A stretch of 32,000 nt of DNA, from contig NC_003551.1 in NCBI RefSeq assembly GCF_000007185.1, positions 600,001 through 632,000 of the forward strand, given 5' to 3'. The stretch comes from Methanopyrus kandleri AV19 (lineage in GTDB: Archaea; JAADCQ01; Methanopyri; Methanopyrales; Methanopyraceae). Below the pieces are notes generated by a model that saw only the letters and a program-made list of their open reading frames with translations, searched no databases and was not told where the DNA came from. Made by a program: the position numbers and the translations under genes. This document shows, piece after piece, positions 1-6,222 of this stretch; the first letter of the stretch is position 1, and the number at the start of each line of letters is the position of its first letter.

Positions 1-701
1 GGAACCACACTGAGGCTTCCGTCCTTGACCAGGTAGCACTCACCGCTCGTGTCGGTAACGAGCAGGTACATGGGGCTACCTCCGTAGTACATCGAGATCG
101 TCGCCGGCTGGTTACCTGCGGTCACGCTGAACGTGAGGCTGTCCGTGACGCTACCGTCGGCGGCGATCTTGAACACCACCGCGCTGGCAGGGTTAGCTGA
201 GTCGTGCGCGACTATGTACGGACCGTCGGCATCGTCGATCACCACGTTGGTGAACCCTGCCGGCGGCGCGAGGGTCCTTACCACCGTCAAGCTCGGTGAG
301 GACGGGTTGGTGATGTCGAGGACGGCGTACGCGTTGGTACCCAGTATCGCCAGCAGCAGGTGCGTGGCGTCTATCTTCGTCAGCTTAACGCCGCTGATAG
401 TACCCGCCATTGTCACTGGGACCGTCGGATTCGGGGGAATCACCGTAATCACCGATGTGGTCGGGGCCGTCCAGATCTCCACGACGGGATTCAACGCAGC
501 GTCGGTTCCGGTCACGGCGATGTACGCGTTACCGCCCACTTCGAGCGGGTGGAAGTCCGTCAGTGTGGTTATGGCGGTGGGCACACCGGGGTACGAAATC
601 GGTGTGATCGGCAGGCCTGTCAATACCGTCAGTGTGTTCCCGCTGATGGTCGCGGTGCCGGTGTACCTGTAGATCGTACCGGTCGTGATGTCTATGTCTA
701 C
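1..701 (-). CDS. C-terminal, frame-shifted continuation of a secreted beta-propeller-like (LVIVD-type repeat) protein; runs off the left edge
   Basis: Absent from the ORF track because it has no start or stop inside the window. My minus-strand translation from 701 downward stays open to position 1: VDIDITTGTIYRYTGTATISGNTLTV...GGNAYIAVTGTDAALNPVVEIW...NAYAVLDITNPSSPSLTVVRTL...GPYIVAHDSANPASAVVFKI...MYLLVTDTSGECYLVKDGS. The repeated 'AY-x-V-x-D-I-T-N-P' style blades resemble LVIVD repeats. TAA at 704-702 closes this frame upstream. Confidence 0.6.
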
Positions 702-1020
702 TTACGGTGAAGTCGATGTTGCCTCCCACCATCTCCGCTTTGGCTACCTTAGGCTGTGTGTATACTGTCGCAACTATGGGTGCTGTAGTCCATGCCTGGG
801 TGGGAGGGTTGCCTGCCTCCACGGCGCCGAGATTACCGCTGTTGTCTATGACCAACGACGTGGGCTTGCTGGCTCCCTCTACGTTCAACCCTTGGACTGG
901 CTGAGGGTTCAACGCCGCGTTGGTCTGCGTCAACCCGTGCGCCGGTCCTACGACGGCCAGCAGCACGGCGGTCAGGGCGGCCAGCCAGGCGGCCGGCCTG
1001 GGTAGGTTACCCAACTCCAT
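529..1020 (-). CDS. N-terminal part of the same secreted protein (signal peptide plus first ~105 aa real, then out-of-frame tail)
   Basis: ATG at 1020 (M15 of tracked ORF 529..1062) is preceded by GGGGGTGGA. The signal-peptide-like N-terminus is MELGNLPRPAAWLAALTAVLLAVVGPAHG. After ...GGNIDFTV (codon 705-703) the frame degenerates into His/Arg junk (SRHRHHDRYDLQVHRHRDHQ), while the +1 frame continues as plausible protein. Confidence 0.55.
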   Translation of the reverse strand: MELGNLPRPAAWLAALTAVLLAVVGPAHGLTQTNAALNPQPVQGLNVEGASKPTSLVIDNSGNLGAVEAGNPPTQAWTTAPIVATVYTQPKVAKAEMVGGNIDFTVSRHRHHDRYDLQVHRHRDHQREHTDGIDRPADHTDFVPRCAHRHNHTDGLPPARSGR

Positions 1021-1206
1021 TCCACCCCCTGCGAACCACATACACATGCGTTTCCTGAACACTTTAGTTTCCTGACTTCATGAGATGACACAACGCTCCT
1101 CTACAACCTAAATACGGGATTATGCGTTTCGGAAACGTCGGAGGCCGAAAAGTCACCGGCGTCACTAAATTAGCTGACTAGCCGAGGAGTGCAGGGGGGT
1201 GTTCGG

Positions 1207-1356
1207 ATGGCGAAGTTTCCGGAGGCGGAGGCCCGGATCTTCAACAAACTGATCTGCATGAAGTGTAACGCGAGGAACCCACCGGACGCCACGAAGTGCA
1301 GGAAGTGCGGGTACAAGGGACTACGACCCAAGGCCAGGGAGCCGAGAGGCGGTTAG
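1207..1356 (+). CDS. rpl40e: 50S ribosomal protein L40e
   Basis: 49-aa ORF below the track cutoff: [49 protein letters not shown]. It has a CxxC...CxxC zinc ribbon and the [14 protein letters not shown] start typical of archaeal L40e. A GGGGGGTG run lies just upstream, and the stop is 3 nt before the next gene. Confidence 0.9.
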   Translation: MAKFPEAEARIFNKLICMKCNARNPPDATKCRKCGYKGLRPKAREPRGG

Positions 1357-1359
1357 ACC

Positions 1360-2079
1360 ATGGGCGTGTTCGGGTACTTGCGGGAGCGCACCCCCTGTCA
1401 TCTCACCCTGCTCGACCCCGTGGACGTGGGTCCGGAGGAGGTCCCGGAGGTCCTGGAGTCGCTGGTGAAGGCGGGCACGGACGCGGTGATGGTCGGCGGT
1501 TCGACTGCGCACGCATCGCAGGTGGAAGCGGTGGTGGAGGCGATCCGGGAGGTCGCGGACGTCCCGGTGATCCTGTTCCCGAACGGCCCGGAAGGTCTCG
1601 CGCCGAACGCGGACGCGGTGCTGTTCATGAGCCTACTCAACTCGCGGAACACGTACTACCTGATCGAGGCGCAGGTGAAGGGCGCGCCGTTGGTGGAGCG
1701 GTTCGGGCTGGAATCGATCCCGACGGGCTACCTGATCGTGGGCGAGTGGGGTACGACCGTCTCGGTGGTCGGAGACGCGCGGGTGATCCCGTTCGATCGG
1801 GTCGAGGTGATCGTCGCGTACGCGCTGGCGGCGAAGCACCTGGGCATGAAGGCGGTGTACCTGGAGGCGGGGAGCGGTGCGCCGGAGCCGGTGCCGCCCG
1901 AGGTGGTGCGGCGAGTCTCGGGGATCGGGGTGTTCACGATCGTGGGCGGCGGTATCCGGAGCCCGGAGACCGCACGGGAGCTCGCCGAGGCGGGCGCGGA
2001 CGCGATCGTCACCGGGACCGCCGTGGAGCGGGACCCAGACCTGGCCGCGGAGATCGTGGAGGCCATCAAGGACCTTTGA
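1360..2079 (+). CDS. geranylgeranylglyceryl phosphate synthase (PcrB/GGGPS family)
   Basis: 239 aa with family-typical blocks GTDAVMVGGS, PVILFPNGP, YLIVGEW, AVYLEAGSGA, IVGGGIRSPE..A..GADAIVTG. Confidence 0.88.
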   Translation: MGVFGYLRERTPCHLTLLDPVDVGPEEVPEVLESLVKAGTDAVMVGGSTAHASQVEAVVEAIREVADVPVILFPNGPEGLAPNADAVLFMSLLNSRNTYYLIEAQVKGAPLVERFGLESIPTGYLIVGEWGTTVSVVGDARVIPFDRVEVIVAYALAAKHLGMKAVYLEAGSGAPEPVPPEVVRRVSGIGVFTIVGGGIRSPETARELAEAGADAIVTGTAVERDPDLAAEIVEAIKDL

Positions 2080-2473
2080 ACCTGAGGAGCCCGACGAGGT
2101 CACGGAGAAAGCGGTCCGGATCGGCCACGCGGAGGCGATGTACTCGCCCGTCGGTCGTCCGAATCTCGACGACGCTGACGGCCCCCGCCTCTACGACTCT
2201 CACGTCCTCAATGTCCCCGTACGGTATGCGCTCCCCGTCGAACTTCACGGCATCTCTGGTCAGGACTACGCGCCGTCCGGTGATACGTTGGAGGGCCCGA
2301 CCGAGTGCGGCGAGGAAAACTACGGCGATCGCCAGAAACGAGTACGTCTGTTCGGGCGGCACGTTGAGGCGGGACCTCGACAGGAGTATCGTGGCGATCA
2401 CGCTGACGGCATTGATCCAATAGGCGGCCCACATTATCAACCTGAGCGTCCTCGGGATTGACGGGTACTCCAC
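2066..2473 (-). CDS. small membrane protein with two N-terminal TM helices and a bacterial-PH-like (YdbS/bPH_2-like) C-terminal domain
   Basis: 135 aa. TM segments are MWAAYWINAVSVIATILL and YSFLAIAVVFLAALG, followed by RRVVLTRDAVKFDGERIPYGDIEDVRVVE...VEIRTTDGRVHRLRV. Its 3' end overlaps the GGGPS 3' end by 14 bp (convergent). The start may be ATG 2434 rather than GTG 2473. Confidence 0.6.
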   Translation of the reverse strand: MEYPSIPRTLRLIMWAAYWINAVSVIATILLSRSRLNVPPEQTYSFLAIAVVFLAALGRALQRITGRRVVLTRDAVKFDGERIPYGDIEDVRVVEAGAVSVVEIRTTDGRVHRLRVADPDRFLRDLVGLLRFKGP

Positions 2474-2533
2474 CCCCTCACCCCCGAGGACCCCCGTTCA
2501 TTCTCACGTAAACGACTTTTCGGAGGGATAACC

Positions 2534-3211
2534 TTGCGGGCCGTCGCGCTGCTGAGCGGTGGGAAGGACTCGACGCTGGCCGCGCACCTGGCGGTCGAAG
2601 AGGGTTACGAGCTGACACACGGACTCACCGTGGTGCCCTCTGATCCGGAGAGCATGATGTTCCACGTGCCGAACGCGGACCTGGGGGCGCTAGTGGCCCA
2701 GGTGATGGGACTCGAACCCGTGAGGATACGGTCCGGACGGGACGACGAGGCGGACATCGAGGAGATAGCTCGCGTCCTCGAGGGGCTCGACGTGGACGCG
2801 CTGGTCTCCGGAGCGATCGCGTCCAGATATCAGAAGGAGCGGCTGGACAGGCTGTGTGAGGAGCTTGGGATCGAGCACGTGCACCCGCTGTGGGGGATGG
2901 ACCCGTTCGAAGAGCTCGAGCTCCTAGTGGAGCGCGGTTTCGAGGTGATGATCATCGGCGTGTCGGCGGCTGGCATGGACGAGTCCTGGCTGGGCCGCAG
3001 GATCGACGAAGACTTCATCGAGGACATCCGACGGTTGTACGAGAAGTATCGCATCCACCCCGCGGGTGAGGGGGGCGAGTACGAGACTCTCGTCCTGGAC
3101 GCCCCCCTCTTCGAACGGAGGATCGTCCTCGAACGCGTCGAAAAGCGGTGGGACGGCTTTTCGGGCGAACTGATCGTGGAGGAGGCTCGACTCATGCCCA
3201 AGCGACGATGA
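2534..3211 (+). CDS. PP-loop ATPase of the MJ0570/Dph6 family (diphthine-ammonia ligase-like)
   Basis: 225 aa with a TTG start. SGGKDS PP-loop at residues 8-13, VSGAIASRYQKERL, PLWG, and GEGGEYETLVLDAPLF near the C-terminus. Confidence 0.8.
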   Translation: MRAVALLSGGKDSTLAAHLAVEEGYELTHGLTVVPSDPESMMFHVPNADLGALVAQVMGLEPVRIRSGRDDEADIEEIARVLEGLDVDALVSGAIASRYQKERLDRLCEELGIEHVHPLWGMDPFEELELLVERGFEVMIIGVSAAGMDESWLGRRIDEDFIEDIRRLYEKYRIHPAGEGGEYETLVLDAPLFERRIVLERVEKRWDGFSGELIVEEARLMPKRR

Positions 3212-3310
3212 TCGAACTGAGCTATGGCCGAGCGCCGCGGAGGCGCGATGAGCGGGGACACGGGGGTGAGTTCACACCCCCGAATCGAAAGCGGGTGAAA
3301 CCGGAAACTG

Positions 3311-3327
3311 TTAACTTTATTTTTTTT
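3311..3327 (+). promoter_or_regulatory. AT-rich TATA-like box / T8 run upstream of the acidic ORF (could also terminate the Dph6-like gene)
   Basis: TTAACTTTATTTTTTTT lies about 30-45 nt upstream of GGAGGG (3344-3349) and GTG 3358. A GGGGGTG-AGTTCA-CACCCCC hairpin sits at 3262-3281. Confidence 0.4.
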
Positions 3328-3357
3328 ACGTGGTGTAAGTGTCGGAGGGATGTCCCG

Positions 3358-4410
3358 GTGGGTCGCGACGAGGGTGAGGACAAGTTCGACGGTGGGGATG
3401 AAGGTACCTCCGACGAGCCGGACGTACCCGAGATCCGGCTCGACGGAGAGTCGGACGGCCCCGATCACGATCACCCCGAAGGTCCCGACTCGGATTCGGA
3501 GCCTCAGTACCCTCAGAACATCCTCTCGCACGAGGGAGACCACACCGACATCGACGTGTCCAACACGAACATCAGTACAGCCGAGTCCGACTTGGAGGCC
3601 GATCTGGATTCGAACTCGTACAGCGAATCGAGCAGCGAATCGGACGCGACCCAGTACACCGCCCAGTACTCCGACCTGGATCAAGACACGGATCAAATAC
3701 AGGATTCGAGGTCCGAATCGATCTCCGACGTGGAGAGCGTCCAGGAATCCAGCTCGGAGTCCAACCCCGACGTGGACGTAAACGTCGACAACGTCGTGGA
3801 CGTTGACGATCCCGCCGATCCCGGCGTTATCTACGACGTCGACAGGGAGGTCAACGTCGACGATAGGGACACGTACGTCGAGGAGAACGTCTACTACGGG
3901 GACACCGACCGGACGATCTACGACCCGCGGACTGACTCGGACACGGGGTCCGTCGACCCGTCGTCCGATCCGACTACCGCCGGGGATCAGGTCGTGGTCG
4001 GTTCCGAGGACCCGTACATGGTCCTGGACACGCAGAAGGGTCAGGTGGACGTGCTCGTGGGTGAGGACCCCACCACCATAAACATGGGCCAATCGGAGCT
4101 CTCGCAGCTACTGGACCTGGTGAACTGGCTCGACGGGAACGCACCGTCCGATGTGCTGGACTTGCTGTACCAGCTCCTGGCGTACCTCCTGGAGACGTTC
4201 TACGGTCTGATACCCTTGGACAACATCCTGAACATGATCCAGCAGATCGCAGAGTACGCGCTCAGCGGTGAACTCGGTCTCGACGTGCTCAACCAGCTGT
4301 TGGGCGTCCTTGAAACGGCCACCAGCCCGCTGTACGCGGCCACCGAGATCCTGAAGTTCCTCGGGGACTTGGACCTGGGTTTGGACGCCCTACTGGACAT
4401 CGATATCTGA
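3358..4410 (+). CDS. hyper-acidic orphan protein (Asp/Glu/Ser-rich ~240 aa region plus Leu-rich helical C-terminal ~110 aa)
   Basis: GTG 3358 is in frame with tracked ORF 3148..4410 (V71), 8 nt after GGAGGG. The protein reads MGRDEGEDKFDGGDEGTSDEPDVPEIRLDGESDGPDHDHPEGPDSDSEP...DVDVNVDNVVDVDDPADPGVIYDVD... and ends ...LLDLVNWLDGNAPSDVLDLLYQLLAYLLETFYGLIPLDNILNMIQQIAEYAL...LGDLDLGLDALLDIDI. No signal peptide or TM segment, and no family recognised. Confidence 0.65.
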   Translation: MGRDEGEDKFDGGDEGTSDEPDVPEIRLDGESDGPDHDHPEGPDSDSEPQYPQNILSHEGDHTDIDVSNTNISTAESDLEADLDSNSYSESSSESDATQYTAQYSDLDQDTDQIQDSRSESISDVESVQESSSESNPDVDVNVDNVVDVDDPADPGVIYDVDREVNVDDRDTYVEENVYYGDTDRTIYDPRTDSDTGSVDPSSDPTTAGDQVVVGSEDPYMVLDTQKGQVDVLVGEDPTTINMGQSELSQLLDLVNWLDGNAPSDVLDLLYQLLAYLLETFYGLIPLDNILNMIQQIAEYALSGELGLDVLNQLLGVLETATSPLYAATEILKFLGDLDLGLDALLDIDI

Positions 4411-4732
4411 CTCTCCGCTTAACATCCCTCGGATCTTTGCGACACCTTATATTTAAATCTGGAAACGTAACCGTATTTTCAGGGTCATACGATTTACGTA
4501 TCATTCGTGCATGAAAGTTGAATGATAGCACGTAAATAGTATGGTACCAATGCATAGATTACATGAGCGTTATCGCATGGTCCGTGCAAGTGTAACGTAT
4601 TATCGTCGAAGAATCGTAATATTATTTACGTACGATTTTTCGACAATCGTACATAGATCGTAATATCCAACATCGAGTTAACGCCCGCGGGAAGTTCAAG
4701 AGCTCGATTTATTTGCGGAAAAGACAGTTCGA
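4411..4732. repeat. AT-rich (about 36 % GC) island with iterated CGTA-core motifs between two convergent genes
   Basis: Nine CGTA cores lie between 4465 and 4662. ATCGT-N6-ATCGTAATAT occurs at 4602-4622 and again at 4646-4666, with half-sites 11 bp apart and copies 44 bp apart. TACGATTTACGTA (4488-4500) and TTTACGTACGATTT (4625-4638) are permuted versions of one word. Confidence 0.7.
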
Positions 4733-4987
4733 TCACGTGATGGCGTTGGCGTACTTCTCGACAATTTCGACACCTTTCTGTCGGGCCATCTCCGCCGCCA
4801 TCTTGGCGGCCTCCTGAGCCGCACGACCCGCGTCTTTGGCCATTACCCACCAGAGGACCGATATCTCCAAGAAGGCCCACACGCAGATCGCCGCGGCCAG
4901 CAGTAAGTACTCGACTCCTCCCTGGCCCCGGTTCCGGAGCACGTTTCGCGACAACCTAATTCGCCCCCACGAGTTAAGGAAACTCAA
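4733..4987 (-). CDS. small pilin-like protein with an archaeal class III (type IV pilin-like) signal peptide
   Basis: 84 aa with a TTG start. The N-terminus ...RNRGQGGVEYLLLAAAICVWAFL fits the [KR]G-Q-x-x-x-E-x-x-x-L class III signal motif followed by a hydrophobic helix. An upstream minus-strand CATATTTTTT element at ~5030-5040 is TATA-like. Confidence 0.6.
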   Translation of the reverse strand: MSFLNSWGRIRLSRNVLRNRGQGGVEYLLLAAAICVWAFLEISVLWWVMAKDAGRAAQEAAKMAAEMARQKGVEIVEKYANAIT

Positions 4988-5375
4988 CCTGCGACGCTGA
5001 GCGTGCTGGGTATCCCGTCAACTGTACGCCAAAAAATATGGTGGGACCCACCCGAGCACTTTCATGCTATATGGAACAGAAGGGTAGGCGGGAACCCGCT
5101 ACGGTCGGTGTCTTCCGATCAGTTTAACCGCGGTTAAGGCGAGTGGGTTTACCCCGGGCGATGACCGGGCTGAACTCGACCGAGCGTGCCGGGCGCAATG
5201 AGGAAGGGACCACGGGGTGAGGCCCGCTCGGAGGCCTTCCGTAAGCCAGGGATGAGGAGCGCTCCCGATACGGTTTCCCGCGGATCGGTGACGAGTGCGG
5301 GACCCAACCGACCGCTCCCCCTTCTACTCCCTGTCCTACTCCTCGAAGGTGGGTCCTTATTTGGAAACTAGCCGT

Positions 5376-5425
5376 CGCACAAATTGCATGTCGGGCACCA
5401 GACCGCGCCGCCTACTATTTGTGCG
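5376..5425. promoter_or_regulatory. perfect 9-bp inverted repeat immediately upstream of a TATA-like box
   Basis: CGCACAAAT (5376-5384) and ATTTGTGCG (5417-5425) are separated by 32 nt. AATTTAAG follows at ~5440-5447, then GCGGGGGAAC and ATG 5491. Confidence 0.4.
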
Positions 5426-5490
5426 TCTGTAACGTAAGGAATTTAAGCCGGCCGTTTGGAGAGTGTCGACGGCACGCGGGGGAACGGCCG

Positions 5491-6189
5491 ATGGCCGGAC
5501 TACCTACAGCCCGTCCCGACGCCACGCCCGTCCGGGCACCGGAACGCATCCGCGTCCCCGAACCACCGCGGGACCCCGTCGAACAAGCCCGGGTTCTACG
5601 CGTGCTCCTCGAAACCGTGAGACGCGGAGTGCTCCCGTTCCTGGGTGCGTCGTATCGGTCGGTGAACGGGAAGGTGTATGGGCCGTACTACGAGGCTCGG
5701 TGGAAGCCGCGGAAGGGCGAGCGCGGCCGCACCATCTACCTGGGCAAGTCCGAGAATGAGAGCGTCCGGTTCCTGGAGGCGTGGCTATGGGAGGTACGCA
5801 GGGCCGCCCCACGGCTGGCCGAACACCGGAAGGCCAAATGGTTCGTCGCACGGGCCGTCCGGAGGGCGCTCGCGGCGCTCCTGGCCCGGTTCGAGGGCGA
5901 CCCAGAGGAAGCCCTCGAGCTGGCGGGTGAGGTCCTCCGCAAGGTCGGAGGGATACTGACGGGAATGCCGTTCGACCCACTGCGGACGTACTCCAGGCCG
6001 AGGGGCGGTAGAAAGCTCCTCAGGATGCTTCTCGGGCGGACCCCTGGCGAGTTCCGCGACGTTCTCCTGGAGATGCTCAGCCCGTGGCCACCCTGGTACT
6101 GTCTGACACTGCTCGAACGTCTTCACGGGAGAACCGCGGCGCGCGAGTACCATCGGGCGAGGGTTCCGCGGCCCGGATCGGCGGCATAA
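5491..6189 (+). CDS. Arg-rich basic orphan protein, possible DNA/RNA-binding
   Basis: ATG 5491 (M25 of tracked ORF 5419..6189) is preceded by GCGGGGGAAC. The segment YRSVNGKVYGPYYEARWKPRKGERGRTIYLGKSENE recalls the beta-hairpin DNA-binding modules seen in some recombinase or transposase N-termini. The other five frames look like GC-rich junk. No family confidently recognised. Confidence 0.5.
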   Translation: MAGLPTARPDATPVRAPERIRVPEPPRDPVEQARVLRVLLETVRRGVLPFLGASYRSVNGKVYGPYYEARWKPRKGERGRTIYLGKSENESVRFLEAWLWEVRRAAPRLAEHRKAKWFVARAVRRALAALLARFEGDPEEALELAGEVLRKVGGILTGMPFDPLRTYSRPRGGRKLLRMLLGRTPGEFRDVLLEMLSPWPPWYCLTLLERLHGRTAAREYHRARVPRPGSAA

Positions 6190-6222
6190 GTCGGGAGGAG
6201 CGCCGGAGAAACCGGGGAGAAA

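Noticed and set aside
1051-1190. TTTCCTGA direct repeat (twice, ~17 nt apart) plus GAGATGA and a distal CTGA; considered as a C/D-box sRNA or regulatory repeat
   Set aside because: The box spacing (~100 nt) is wrong for a C/D sRNA. The region is the divergent promoter spacer between the secreted-protein gene and rpl40e, and short repeats there are not distinctive enough.
1296-2423. 375-aa plus-strand ORF overlapping rpl40e, GGGPS and the next gene
   Set aside because: Gly/Arg/Pro-rich low-complexity text typical of an off-frame read in GC-rich DNA. It overlaps two confidently assigned genes in other frames.
2830-4092. 420-aa minus-strand ORF antisense to the acidic gene and to the 3' part of the Dph6-like gene
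   Set aside because: It runs straight through the plus-strand promoter/T8 tract and into antisense of a well-supported conserved gene. Its text is Val/Arg/Gly-rich with a Ser-rich junk tail. Its openness is explained by the self-complementary GACGTCGAC-type codons of the plus-strand gene.
5153-5176. C/D-box sRNA-like signals (GCGATGA ... CTGA)
   Set aside because: The C-box deviates from RUGAUGA. The CTGA follows after only 5 nt. No second C'/D' pair lies at the ~12-nt guide spacing required for an archaeal C/D sRNA.
5186-5371. 61-aa ORF inside the non-coding spacer
   Set aside because: Arg/Pro/Ser/Gly-rich junk-like sequence with no Shine-Dalgarno sequence or TATA support.
3230-6215. Shared 8-mers GAGCGCCG and GAAACCGG at both borders of the orphan islet (3230-3237/3297-3304 and 6198-6205/6208-6215), considered as att-like direct repeats
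   Set aside because: They are only two short GC-rich words with different spacing on the two sides. No integrase or tRNA is nearby, so the match is compatible with chance.
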